Positions 1 through 12,550 are shown, counted from the stretch's first letter. The stretch is 64,000 bases of DNA from Cetorhinus maximus (GCF_964194155.1 NC_135881.1:35278001-35342000); one strand, 5' to 3'. Notes: a model not told the origin generated them from the sequence alone. Made by a program: numbers and translations.

Positions 1-1385
1 TATGAGATGTGGCCAGCATTTGTTGCCCATCCCTAATTGCCCTTGAGAAGGTGGCGGTGAGCTGCCTTCTTGGACCACTGCATTCCCTGTGGTGTAGGTG
101 CACCCACAGTGCTGTTAGGGATGGGGGTGGGTTCCAGGATTTTGACCCAGTGAAGGAACCGCAATATATTTCCAAGTTAGAATGCTGTGTGGCTTGGAGG
201 GGAACCTCCAGGTGGTGTGTTGCCATGTATCTGCTGCCCTTGTCCTTCTAGATGGTGGAGGTTGTGGTTTGAAAGGTGCTGTTGAAGGAGCCTTGGTGAG
301 TTTCTGCAATTCATCTTGTAGCTGGTACACACTGCTGCCACTGTTCGTCGTGGTGGAGGGTATGAATGTTTGTGGATGTGGTGCCAATCAAGCAGACTGC
401 TTTGTCCTGGACAATGTCAAGCTTCTTGAATGTTGTGGAAGCTGCACTCATCCAGGCAAGTGGAGAGTATTCCATCACACTCCTGACTTGTGCCTTGTAG
501 ATGGTGGACAGACTTTGGGGGGTCAGGAGGTGAGTTACTCACAGTCGGATTCCTAACCTCTGACCTGCTCTTGTAGCCATAGTATTTATATGGCTTGTCC
601 AGTTCAGTTTCTGGTCAATGGTAATCCCCAGGGTGATGGTTAGATTATCTCTTGCGGGAGATGCCTTGCACTTTTGTAGCACTTGTCAGCCCAAGCCTGG
701 ATATTGTCCCAGTCTTGCTATATTTGGACATGGACTGCTTCAGTATCTGAGGAGTCACAAATGGAGTTGAACATTGTACAAACATCCCCACTTCTGACCA
801 TATGATGGAAGGAAGGTCATTGATGGAGCAGCTGAAGATGGTTGGACCAAGGACACTACCCTGAGGAACTCCTGCAGTGATGTTCTGGAACTGAGATGAT
901 TGACCTCCAGTAACCACAACCATCTTCCTTTGTGCTAGGTGTGGCTCCAACCAGCAGAGAGTTTTTCCCCTGATTCTCATTTTTAAAAAAAATCATTCAT
1001 GGGATGTCGGCATCACTGCCCAATGGGCATTTATTGACCATCCCTAATTGCCCTTGTTCAGAGGGTACTTAAGAGTCAATCACATTGCTGTGGGTCTGGA
1101 ATCACATCTAGACAAGACCAGGTAAGATTGGCAGATTTCTTAATGAACCAGATGGGTTTTTGTGACAATCAGCCATGATTTCATCATCAGACTTTTAATT
1201 CCAGATCTTTATTGAATTCCAATTGAGTGGTGGATTCAAACTCAGGTCCCCGGAGCAGTACCCTCGGTCTCTAGTCCAGTGAAAATACCACTACGCCACT
1301 GCCTGCTTGATGTCACACTCGGTCAAATGCGGCCTTGATGTCAAGGGCAGTCACCCTCACCTCACCTCTGGAGTTCAGCACTTTT
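1..1385 (-). mobile_element. HER1-like (CR1/L2 group) LINE, 3' part, degenerate, interrupted by a SINE
   Basis: ORF 645-980 has RT motif GVPQGSVLGPTIFSC; tail reads GGGCAATTAGGGATGGGCAACAAATGCTGGCC on the minus strand near 11-42; same family at 19850-20500, 26750-27175 and 58320-63370. Confidence 0.85.
982..1303 (-). mobile_element. HE1-like tRNA-derived shark SINE
   Basis: Minus-strand head GGCAGTGGCGTAGTGG (A box) and GAGTTTGAATCC (B-box-like); 3' tail shared with the HER1-like LINE; ends in an A-rich tail. Confidence 0.8.
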
Positions 1386-1744
1386 GTCCATGTTTGAACT
1401 GAACCTAGTTTTTGTGGAGAAACATTTTAGAATCAAAATATTCCCTCAATCATGAGAAATTTCTTTCAAGAAGTATTAGCCAGCAATACTTTAATCAGCT
1501 TCTTTCGTCCTCCTTCTCCTGCCAATTTTCTACCGCATGCTCTTCTGCAGTGCCATCTCCTTGATAGGGCATATCCTTCAATAGCTCAGAGTGATTAGAA
1601 AGTGAAATTTCCTAATACAGGAGCTGGGTAAGGAAAATAGCTTAACTACTTTCACAAGAAATCTAATTGAATGAGAGAAAAGAGAATAGAAAGATATTCT
1701 GAAAGATTGACGTAGGAGACTTGTCTGGAGTATAAACACCACCA

Positions 1745-1900
1745 CCAACAACTTATATCTATATCGTGCCTTTAATGTAATAAAACATTTCAAGGCACTT
1801 CTCAGGAGCTTTGTAAAGGAAAATTAAACTGAGCCACATAAGATGATATTAGGGCAGATGGTCTAAAGCTTGGTGAAAGTGTTAGTTTTAAGGAAGAAAG
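1745..1900 (-). mobile_element. L2-like LINE 3' end remnant
   Basis: Minus strand ends ...TTACATTAAAGGCACGATATAGATATAAGTTGTTG, resembling an L2 tail; no usable ORF. Confidence 0.45.
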
Positions 1901-2042
1901 AGAGATGTAGGGTCAGAGAGAATTCAGTAAGGAGTGTAGAGATTACAAACAAAAAACTACTGCGGATGCTGGAAATCCAAAACAAAAACAGAATTACCTG
2001 GAAAAACTCAGCAGGTCTGGCAGCATCGGCGGAGAAGAAAAG

Positions 2043-2081
2043 AGTTGACGTTTCGAGTCCTCATGACCCTTCAACAGAACT
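2043..2081 (-). ncRNA. Minimal type I hammerhead-ribozyme-like motif in a Penelope pLTR
   Basis: AGTT-CTGTTGA-A-GGGTC-ATGAG-GACTC-GAAA-CGTC-AACT; stem I AGUU/AACU, stem II GGGUC/GACUC. Confidence 0.7.
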
Positions 2082-2678
2082 GAGTAATATTAGGAGAGGG
2101 GTGAAATATAAGCTGGTTTAAGGTGGGGGGGGTGGGGGGAGAGAAGTTGGGGGGGGTGGTGGGTGGTTGTAGGGACAAGCAAGCAGTGATAGGAGCAGAT
2201 AATCAAAATATTCAGTCTGGAAGGCTGTAAAGTGCCTTATAAAGTGCCTTTACAGCCTTCCGGACTGAATATTGAATTCAACAACTTTAGATCTTGAACT
2301 CCCTCCTCCATCCCCACCCCTTATCCATTTCTTCCCCCTCCCTTTTGTTTTTTCCAATAATTTATATAGATTTTTCTTTTCCCACTTATTTCCATTATTT
2401 TTAAATCTATACCTTTAATGCCCTGTCAGTCTTTCCACCCCACCCCCACTAGAGCTGTACTTTGTGTGTCCTGCCATCCATTCTTAATTAGCACATTCTC
2501 TTAGATAATATCACTACCCTTCAACACCTCTTTGTTTTGTTCCTTTGTCTGTGACATCTTTTGATTATCTGCTCCTATCACTGCTTGCTTGTCCCTACAA
2601 CCACCACCCCCCCAACTTCTCTCCCCCACCCCCCCACCTTAAACCAGCTTATGTTTCACCCCTCTCCTAATATTACTC

Positions 2679-2717
2679 AGTTCTGTTGAAGGGTCATGAG
2701 GATTCGAAATGTCAACT
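2679..2717 (+). ncRNA. Hammerhead-like motif, mutated copy
   Basis: AGTT-CTGTTGA-A-GGGTC-ATGAG-GATTC-GAAA-TGTC-AACT. Confidence 0.6.
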
Positions 2718-2988
2718 CTTTTCTTCTCCGCCGATGCTGCCAGACCTGCTGCGTTTTTCCAGCTAATTCTGTTTTTGTGTAGAGATTACAGCCTTTTACA
2801 CTAGTTGGGACATGTTCTGTATATTCCCTGTAATTCTACTTCACCTCACCCTTTTAACATAGTCTTTTATTTCTTATGCCCTCATGCTTTTCCCTTAATT
2901 CACCTGAATAGCAGCTATGCTATTTGCCTCAGGTACTCCATATAGTTGCAACTTTCACATTCTAACTGCTCTTCCTCTAATATGATAA

Positions 2989-3147
2989 GGGGTAATTTGC
3001 ACCTTCACCACTACAACAGAGTAGTTCAATTGCCCATTTCAGAACTCACTCGATTTACATTTTAATTGAAACGAAAGGAACTGAAAATCAGGCAGATTCA
3101 ATAGTGGGCTGCTTTATTGGCAAAAGGTGAAGGTGGGAATTGCTTCC
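2989..3147. mobile_element. Small MITE
   Basis: Imperfect TIRs GGGGTAATTTGCACCTTCACC / GGTGAAGGTGGGAATTGCTTCC; TAA on the left flank. Confidence 0.5.
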
Positions 3148-3789
3148 TTCATCAGCTATGTAGCACTCATTTTGCGGGTGCGACCTGACCTATGTTAGTC
3201 CCACTTTAGTCAGAGGAGCCGGTGAGAGGAGGACCCTGAGACAGGCAGTCAGTCCAGTCTGTGGCTCCAGAGCAGACCAACCACGTCCTGAGAAAAATCT
3301 AGTGTGATGCCCCAGGAAAACAAGTAGTTGATTAGCTTGAAGCTCTTGCAGCTCGTGCAGATGACAGTGAGGATTTACCTGGGAGTTGGGGAGGTGGCAG
3401 ACCTGCGTGGAACCAGTCTGGAGCGGAAGGATATAAATCGGGGGCGAGGCTCGAGGCCTGCACTCAGGGCCTTCTATGGGGGATGCGGGGTTTGGGGCAA
3501 ATCACACTCTGTGGCACCACATCCACCCCCCTGCCATAACATTTCTGAACAAGCTTCCTCTGAAGGCTGGGACCAGAGCATGTGTTTGAAAAGGAGCACC
3601 AGCAGCATCCCAACTACTGATGATTCAGTTACAAGCACATACTGCGCTATTGACTGTGATGACTGCGCCACATGTAAAATTACACCCTGCTTCCAAGGCT
3701 GAACATAATGGTTGGCTCTCCTTTTGTTAAGGGTTCCGTTATAACATTTTTGCTAACACACCCCGCACCCCAACTGGAGAAAACTTTAA

Positions 3790-3931
3790 GGCCGGAGTTT
3801 TCCTGCCCCTCACGCGGGTGGGATCTTTCGGTCTCGCCGATGTGAACGGAGGTTTCAATGGCTCGCTGGCCCCGCCATGGGGGAATCCGCTGCGGGTGGG
3901 TGGGGGGGTAGGGCGCTGGAAAATTCCGGAC
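3790..3931. mobile_element. Harbinger-type MITE
   Basis: TIRs GGCCGGAGTTTTCC / GGAAAATTCCGGAC; TAA TSD at 3787-3789 and 3932-3934. Confidence 0.7.
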
Positions 3932-4445
3932 TAAATGTCGGAGTGAGGACATTCACTGCATTCAACTTTATTTTTAAAACTACAGACGCGATGCAATAAA
4001 CAATTTGACCTTTTTTAAAAATGACTATCTTCCGATGTTGATCAAATGTTAGCTGAAAATGCATACTGGAAGGTAAAATAAGAAGTGGGGGATTTAAATT
4101 GCCCGGGACCGTAAATAAACACAGCAAGTGAGTGACTTAGCCTGCAGGTCAGATGCCATGTGCTATATGCTTTAAAGGCGTTAACTAGTTCGGAATAGAC
4201 CCCAAAGCGCGGGGCCTGAGACAGTCACTTACTAGCTGCTCTGCCTACACTTACATGGGAATCGGAGAGGGATACCAGTCAGCTTCTTGGGTCGGCGTGC
4301 GCTGAGTTTGAAGGAAGAGTGAATAAAAAAACAGTGGCATCACATCAGAGTCATAAGCCAATTGGTCGGTGAGTATCTACTGTCTGGGTCTGTGTGCAAA
4401 TAGTTAGATTCATGCACTACTTTTAGGAAAGGTGTGTAAATAGCT

Positions 4446-5468
4446 GGATTATAGGGTCAGTACTTGGGCCCCAGCTGTTTGCAATCCAAGTCAATGATTT
4501 AGATGTGGGGACCAAATATAATATTTCCAAGTTAGCCGATGACACAAAACTAGATGGGAATGTGTGCTGTGAGGATTCAAGGGAATTTAAACAGGCTTAA
4601 AAAGTGGTCAAGAACACATGGCAGGTGAAATAAAATGCGTGTGAGTGTGAGGTATCCACTTTGGTAGGAGGAATGGAGGTGTAGAGTATCTCTTAAATAT
4701 TGAGAGTTTGGGAAGTGATGATGTCCCAAAGGGACCTGGGGGTCCTTGTTCATAAGTCACTGAAAGCTAACATGCAGATGCAGCAAGCAATTAGGAAGGC
4801 AAATGGTATGTTGGCCTTCATTGCGAGGGGATTTGAGCACAGGAGTAAAGATGTCTTGCTGCACTTGTATAGAGCCTTGGTGAGACTGCACCTGGTGTAT
4901 CGCATACAGTTTTGGTCTTCTTACCCAAGGAAGGACATCCTTGCCACAGAGGGAGTGCAGTACAGGTTCGCCAGACTGATTCCTGGGATGGCGGGATTGT
5001 CTTATGAGAAGAAATTGAGGCAGTATTCTCTAGCGTTTAGAAGAATGAGAAATGACTTCATTGACACTTACAAAATTCTTAAAGGGCTAGACAGGCTAGG
5101 TGTAGAAAGGATGTTTCCCCTGGCTGTGGGGTCCAGAACCAAGGGTTGGGGGGGAGGTAGGGGGGTGGAGAGGGTGGTCTCAGAATAAGGGGAAAGCCAT
5201 TTAGGACTGAGATGAGGAGGAATTTCTTCACTCAAAGGGTGGTGAATCTTTGGAATTCTCTAACCCAGAGGGCTGCAGAAACTCAATCATTGAGTATGTT
5301 CAAGACAGTGATCAATAGATTTCTAGATACTAAAGACATCAAGGGATATGGGAATAGCATGGGAAAATGGGTCCTGAGGTAGACGATCAGTCATTATCTA
5401 GTTGAATGGAGGAGCAGGCTCGAGGGGTTAAATGGCCTATTCTTGCTCCTATTTTCCTATGTTCCAAT
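4446..5468 (+). mobile_element. CR1 LINE, 5'-truncated (RT C-terminus and 3' UTR)
   Basis: SKLADDTKL near 4527; ORF 4700-5188 has RDLGVLVH, LYRALVRLHL, LEGVQ-like motif; CR1 tail CCTATTTTCCTATGTTC. Confidence 0.9.
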
Positions 5469-6329
5469 ATGGCGGGCTGGAAGTGCACAGGCAATTCTGG
5501 TCGAAGATGTGGGTCTTTGCATTGGCATCAGGAGCAAACATCAGGAACATTTAAAGGAGGAAATAGTTGGAATTTTCTCAAGTCCAGGGTTGTCCCGCTG
5601 CTGGGATTGAAAGCGGGGACCCAATCCCACACTGCTGGGCAACGAGCCCCGGATGACATTTTACCGGTGCCAGCCAATTAAGAGGCAGCCGTCAGGGTCA
5701 CTGTCCAATTAAGGACGCCTCCCAAAGCTGCCGACCCAATCTGAGGGCTGGCAGATCAGCAGCCTTGGCAGGCTCACCAATAGAGATATGGTCATTGCTG
5801 AAGCTGCAGGAAGAAGAAGAGGGCAGCTCCATGCTGAACTGCCCTCGAAGGCCACTAATGTCTTTTTATTTACTGTGCCGGGACCAGGCAGGCAGGCAGG
5901 GGTGAACCCCAATACATGAGCTATGGGGTGGTCATAAAGGTGGGGCCCCCACAACACTCCCGGGAAAGTGCTGGGAGGCTGTTAATGTTTATTTGGCAGT
6001 CTCCTCACACACGGTGGCAGCCCCTCCCAATGCTGGTAAAATGATGGAGGGGGTGGGAAGTGGCCCTTAATTGTGCACTCAGTTATTTCAATTGGCTGCC
6101 CACCATCAGTCAGTGGGCAGCTGTGTCACTGTGGTTCCTGCCGTCAAAGGTGGGGAGATATGGGCTCCCCTACTGACACCTTCTGCCACCATTTTATGAG
6201 GCCTCCCACCTCAAAGCCCATCTCCGGGAGGCTGATAAAATCCAGTTCATTGTATTCAAATTAGTGTCCCGTGTTCTGAATGCCCCATGCTTTGATATTT
6301 AAAGGGACAATGCAAGAGTTACAGGTCCG

Positions 6330-7095
6330 TTGTTGGTTTATCTTTTCAGGCTGCCTTAGAAATAATTCAGCCACATTGGCCTGTCTTCGGGGCTGGAGGA
6401 TGAGCGGGAGCAGGAAGGAAAACACCACAGAGTAGTAGCAGCTGCCAGAAGAGGGAAGAGACAGAGTTCACTGCGGAGAATGCCAGACCCACAGCGAGCA
6501 CTGCTGCTGCATTAATTTTCCCCAGGAACAATGACAAGAACTTAACTCTGCATTCACTGCCACAGGGTTAAAATTGGGCCCATTAATAAATGTCTCAGGT
6601 GTCTTTGATTCACCAAGGAGGCTGGCACTTGCTGCAGCCACAAGTCTGTCTCAAGCTAAGGTATGGACAGCACTGCATATGGCTGACAAGGTAACGGAAA
6701 CCATTATGACAAGCTCTTTTCAAGCTGCAGTGTGGCATAAGTGACATCTCCCAGTTTTCAGTCCATTGTTGTATCAGGGAGCATTAGGCTTCGCCAATAT
6801 TGGAGATTTCCTCAGTCTGCAAGGTGCCACAGACTGCACCCACATTGCCTAGTGAGCTCCCTATCACCTTCCCGGTATCTTTCTGAAAAGAAGGGAATTC
6901 CACTCAGTGCCCAACTTGTTCGCAACCACAGGCAATTCTGTGACTGGTTTCCTGCCAGCAATCTTGGCATATTCAACCTGTACCAGCCTTTGTGCCGCCT
7001 TTATTCCAAGCATGGCAACAGGTCACAGACTGACTACTGGGCGACCAGGGCTATCACCGTCAGACATGGTTCATAACTCCTGTCAGAGACCTGGG
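6330..7095 (+). pseudogene. PIF/Harbinger DDE transposase remnant
   Basis: Frameshifted motifs DISQFSVHCCIRE, GFANIGDFLSLQGATDCTHIA (cf. GFP.VQGAIDCTH) and LLGDQGYHRQTWFITPVRDP (cf. LLGDKGYPL..WLMTP). Confidence 0.8.
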
Positions 7096-7209
7096 CATGG
7101 CTGTGGAGGTGGGCAACAAAGGTGCCACCAGAAATGTAGAAAATCAGCAGGCACAAGCTTGGGGGGGGCGGTGGGGGGTGGGGGGTGAAAGGCTGCTGAG
7201 CTTCAATTG

Positions 7210-7320
7210 CAAATACACAACTGTGGCTACATTTCACAAGTACTTCATTGGCTGTAAATTGCTTTGGGGTGTTCTGAGGCTGCGAAAGATGATACATGAA
7301 TGCAAGTCTTTCTTTCTTTT
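7210..7320 (+). mobile_element. DeuSINE/L2-type 3' tail fragment
   Basis: AAGTACTTCATTGGCTGTAAA...ATGAATGCAAGTCTTTCTTTC, similar to the tail at 45780-45860. Confidence 0.55.
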
Positions 7321-9262
7321 CCTCAAAGTCTTCTCTGCTCCAGTGGAAATAATCCTAACATTGTGATCTCCTAACTTTCTGGCATTACCCTGATGAATTA
7401 ATGCTGTACACACGCCATGCTTAATTCCAGATGCCAGCTCCTGTGCACTTCACTTGATCAGCATAGAGTATTCCACATTGTGGAGCTGTAACAATTTGAT
7501 ATGACCCTAGTTGTCTTTTGTTTTAAGTCCAGTTTATGACTGTGATGTTTCTGGGAATGACCCTGTGCCTTGACCAGCACCAAACTGAGGATGAGATATG
7601 ACTCCTCAGCCATGCATCAAGGCCAAATATTTCCAAATGCATGAAAGCAACGTGGAGCATGGTTTAATCCCAATGCATACTTCGATGGCTAGCCAGGAAA
7701 ATGTTAGCCCAGGCTTTTGCACACTTCAGGTTCCACACTCCTAGGCTACCAAAATCCGATTAAAGTGGAAGCAGCTGATGATTTAAATGGCCAGCTGCCT
7801 CCGTTAACGTGCATGCATGAAACGTGCCCTCCCCCACATCCCTGTCCCCAGCAAAAGGGGAGCGGGACTTAACGATTTTCGGCCAGTTCTACTATTTTCA
7901 CTACAACGGAGAGGCTTTCTGTTGTGGTGAAAGTCTGGGCCGTTATCCTTGTGTTAGAATGGATCTGATTTTCTCTGAACTCCATCATAAATCTTTATAC
8001 TGCAGCTATTCAGCAAATTCAAATTAAGTCAAACCAATAAAAACCAGTTGACAGAAACACCTTTTAGGTAGAGCTGATACACTGCCACATTTTTGCCATT
8101 GTTGTTTGCATGAACGTGGCAGTGAAAGAAATTACTACAGTGCTGCAGTAATAAATCAATAACTGAGGGAAATATATTTTAACTGGATTGGGACTTCATA
8201 TTTAAACCCTATCCTTACATGAGGAGGTGTAAATGCATGTTTAGTGTTAACACAAGGCCATTCCACCCAATAGGTCTATGCTGTTTATGCCCATCTTACC
8301 TCATCTAGCCCCAGCAACATATCCTTCCAGAGCTTTCTCCCGTGTGTGTTTACGTAATTTCCTCTCAAATGCATCTATGCTAGCTGTCTCAACTGCTCTA
8401 TGTGGTACTGATTTCCACACTGAGTAAAGAGAAAGTCAATCAGAGGGAGCTTTTCATTTAGAAATTCCACACTAAGGTCCAGTAGATCCCAGGGAGTGGA
8501 TTGTGCTTCAATGTTCTAAAGAGCATTTCATCACAATCTTTCAAACGAGCAGGAAATATTACTCTAAACTGAATTTACAGCTAGTAAACAGTGTGAGAAA
8601 AAAACATACAACCCTTCCCTAATGTTAAACAGATCAATAAGTGTTTAATTTAAAGGCCTTTTAGCAATAAAACACTGACTACTCCCACAGAGCACACAGC
8701 ATGGGCTTTTATCTTTTGATTGGTTACTTGCTTGAAATAAGAAAACAGCCTGCACAACACCGAATGTTTCACTTACTGAATTTCTCATTCAGCTTCTCAT
8801 AAAAAGCTGATTGCTGTTTTCTTTTCCACGCAGGACAACATTTCAATTGTGAAAATTGGGCCAGCTCTCAGATGACCTGAAGGTTGAGTCGATGAAACAT
8901 TAAATCATGTTTTCCGGAATGTTTTTGCAATTCAAATGGAAGTGCCGGAGCTAGATTTTGTGTAGAGCATTTGGGCTGATAACGTGGTTGTCAGCACCAT
9001 TAGTTATGCTGTGCATTGGGTAGCTGCTCCTCATATTCGGCCTAGGCCTGAGGCCTACTCAGCCTCCTGCATGGACAGCAAATGCTATGCCCTGCACACT
9101 TCTGTAAGGCTCAGAGCCTGCAGGTGTGTTGTACACAGCACTCCTGAAGGTCTAAAACAAAAATAAAGAGCTAAGCCCAAAATACAATCAGATTCCTCAA
9201 AAGCAGGGTTTTCCATGGTGAGCACTCAATAGACAGTCATGGGAAACTTTTTCTCTCTCAGT

Positions 9263-10428
9263 GGCCTCAATTTTCATCCTCGGGGTAGGTAGCTTGTGTC
9301 GGGAAAATTCCAAACTCAGCCCGCCTGCCTCGGGAGGACGTGCCCGCAAAGGCAGGATCTTCGTTGTCAGGGGCAGATGTGGGCTGGAGTTGGGCTAGCT
9401 GACCTGGGAAGACTGGAGGCAGCCACAGGGGCTGCCAGTTGTGGAGACAGGCTGTTTAAAGGGCCCACCTCTGTGTCGTTGGACTTTGTCCCAGTTAAAA
9501 TAAAAAACACAAAGGCCCTCCAGCCCTCATCCTTCACACCCCCTTCACCCTCCAAACACTCTCCCTGCCACCTCATTCCCTCCATACCCAACTCCCATGG
9601 CCCTCAAGCCCCCTCTGTCAAGCTATGGCACTTCCATTCTCATTGACCCACTGTCTAGAGCCAATGAACCCTATAGTGTATAGTAGAATGTGTATGCTTG
9701 GCTAAGAGCCCAGAAAACCATTAATTAAAACATCAGTTCCCCAAAGAAAGTGTACACCTCCATTGGTTGATTAACACCTCAGGCTCTCTGATCTCTGCTG
9801 TCAATTTCACAATGTTTATTTACACAACGTTAAGTGTTTTCAAGGATTTGTGGTTTTGTTATTGTTTTTTAAAGGGTCTGGAAGATTGGCACTTTTTATT
9901 AGTTTGTAGTAAAATGACCTTTTTTTCCAAACCACAAGAGAAAGTTATGAATGAATTTCTTTGTCTCAAAGCTTTTTTGTTTACACATGGGGGTATGAAC
10001 GATGATAGGGGATGGGTGAAAGGACTTTGCTTGGGGGAATGAGGAACCATGGGGGTGGGGGGCAGTGGTGTAAGGGTGGAACTTGGCATAAGAGGCATGA
10101 GGGGGCCTTTTGAACTCACCTTTTAAAAGGTCTACTCACGTAGAGTGGGGTTCATGACTCCTCTGAGGGGCCGTGAACCACAATTCTTTAAAATTCTGGC
10201 CCAACTCCATGAAAATTGTGGAGGAGTAGGACAATGCCCATCTCCGCAATGGAGCTGTCCAGGTCAGGGGTGCTGGGTGCAAGCTTCTGACAGTAACCAG
10301 CCCGCACCCTTAAAGCACTCCCGAAAAGTCAGGCAGCCCAGGAATGGGGGTCGGAATCCCGGAATTGGGAGCCAGCCACCATTTTCAAAGGGCTCCCGAC
10401 TCAACCAGACTCGGTGAAAATCCAGGCC
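9263..10428. mobile_element. Non-autonomous Harbinger-like element, about 1.17 kb
   Basis: TIRs GGCCTCAATTTTCA / TGAAAATCCAGGCC; 3-bp flanks AGT/ATT. Confidence 0.55.
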
Positions 10429-11089
10429 ATTGAGTTTGCTCACAAAGGTGTTTTTTCCATGTTTGTTGCCGTTTGTTATCCATTGCTGCTGTGCTGTTAA
10501 GGAAGAAAATAAGTTAGCGAATCTTAATGGAGCCACAATAAAATTTTCTTGAAGTGACACTGCGGGGCTGGTAGGGAGGAATATTAACGGCCTCATCAAG
10601 ATGGTCTAGAGAGGGACAGGGGTGGGAGGGGGGTGGGATTAGAATATCCTCAGAAAAGGAAAACCTGATCCCAACCTGTCATGGAAGTGTGTACTTTGGT
10701 TCAGAGTCAGGCAAGTTACCTGCTCATGAGAGGTAGGATCAGCAGCTGGAATATTTAAATGCAGCTGTCTCCCAATGCTTCCCCCCAGCCCCACTGATTG
10801 CCCTCCCCGCAATCCGATGCCTTTCCCCCCAGAACACTCTTCACCTTGCTGTTTGCCCCCACCCCACAATTTAACACGACCTGTATTTTTGGGCCTCCCC
10901 CTGCTGAAAGTTACACCTGCTGCTGCCCCACAAATATCAGGGCCTGCATCCTTGTATCCATTTTTTTTTTTCCTCAGGGAAGCATCATTGTGCTATCGAC
11001 ATCCCTCTGTGCATCCCCTGCTATTTGTAGCCTCTTCAGGAGGAGGAGAATATCGCATACCGAACAGCTGGATTTGCTCCCCCATATTT

Positions 11090-11850
11090 AAGGTAGGATA
11101 TATTTGCATTAGAGGAGGTTCACTAAATTGGTCTCTGCGATGAGGGGGTGACGATGATCAGAGCCTGAGTAAATAGGGTTTACATTTAGAAGAATGAGAG
11201 TCAATTTTATTGAAACATACAAGATTCTGAAGGGGCTTGTTAGGGTAGACACTAAGTGAATGTTTACGCTGGTTGGGTGTTGTAGGGTGGCTGAGTTGTA
11301 TTATTAGCGATAGAGTTGATCTGCAAACACTTCTGGGGTGGAAACATAAAGTTTATTTACAATATACTCAGCGGCAACTACACGTGTGCTTTCAACTCCA
11401 ACTCTAACTCTACACTGACTGTGGAGGTAGCCCGCACTATTCTCCTATTGGTTACTATAGATCATGTGATTTCTCCTTACAAATATTATTCTTAAAGGTA
11501 CATTACACACTAAATAAAACCATAATTACTACATTGGAGAATCTAAAACACAGGGCACAGTCACAGGATAAGGGGCCAATCATTTAGGACTGAGATGTGG
11601 GGAAATTACTTCGCTCAAAGGGTTGTGAATCTTTGGAATTCTCTATCCAAGGGGGTTGTGGATATTCATTGAATATATTTAAGGCTGGCATAGACAGATT
11701 TTTGGTCTTTCAGGGAATCAAGGGATATGGGGAGCAGGCAGGAAAGTGGAGTTGAAGTCCAAGATCAGCCATGATTGTATTGAATGATAGATTTGGCTTG
11801 ACCAGCCAAAATGGTCAACTCCTGCTTCTTTTTCTTATGTTCTTGTGTTC
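11090..11850 (+). mobile_element. CR1 3' fragment interrupted by a solo LTR
   Basis: FRTEM-coding TTTAGGACTGAGATG; CR1 tail CTTATGTTCTTGTGTTC. Confidence 0.8.
11278..11533 (-). mobile_element. Solo LTR, 256 bp
   Basis: TGTTGTA...TACTACA termini; 5-bp TSD TTGGG/TTGGA; AATAAA on the minus strand near 11352. Confidence 0.8.
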
Positions 11851-12507
11851 TCAGGATATCAGTGATGTCCTTATGATATCAGCCATGTAACAAGATTAGA
11901 TAAATGGATGTGGATATGTCAGATGAAACCTGCAGCCGAGGATGACCAATGTCAAACTGGGATTGGGAATGGGATTGGTAATTTGGGTGCCATTTGATGT
12001 TCAAAATGGCATTCATGTTGCCGCACTCACTTTTGGGGTCGGTCATGCTGGATGCCATATTGATGATGACAGTAGCGCCTGCTATAACCAGATAATGGTT
12101 ACGGCAAGTGGGATTAATTGGTTAGCTCTACCACAACCACGTGGATTCAATGACCTCTTTCTGTTTTTTTTTAAATCATTCTGGGACTCTATGCTGTTCA
12201 ATATTAAATCAAAAGATATGGGGTAGATTTTTGTCCTTACTGTCTGATCGCTAAGCATCGCCTGAGGAAACTTGGCTGGGGAAAGAATGGCCTGATGTTT
12301 CTTCCATTGAAATTAATGAAAGATAAGTCTAATGGGTTCCGTATGAAGCATACCAGCTTCTTATGGTATAGTCCTCTCTGCATTCACTGCAGGCCATGTT
12401 TGACACCCAGTTGGTGAAGATGGAATACACTCTCCATGCTGTTTGTTGAGACAGGGCTGGTGGATTTGTGTTACAGTTAAAAACAATTTTCTTTGTTCTG
12501 AGGATAA

Positions 12508-12550
12508 TTATATAGATCCCTGAGAAGGCCAGGTCAGAGGTCACATGACC
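12508..12550 (-). promoter_or_regulatory. Candidate promoter module: DR1 nuclear-receptor site, E-box palindrome, TATA
   Basis: AGGTCA-G-AGGTCA at 12531-12543 overlapping GGTCACATGACC; TATATAA on the minus strand at 12514-12508. Confidence 0.35.

Larger units (their letters stand above)
1948..2776. mobile_element. Penelope-like (Neptune) fold-back insertion with two inverted pLTR 3' ends
   Basis: 14-bp TSD GTGTAGAGATTACA (1934-1947, 2777-2790); arms about 1980-2208 and 2560-2776 are inverted; GIY-YIG C-terminus LQPSGLNIEFNNFRS* at about 2250-2297 (+). Confidence 0.9.

Noticed and set aside
1220-1303. tRNA gene
   Set aside because: The A/B boxes belong to the SINE head; no full cloverleaf
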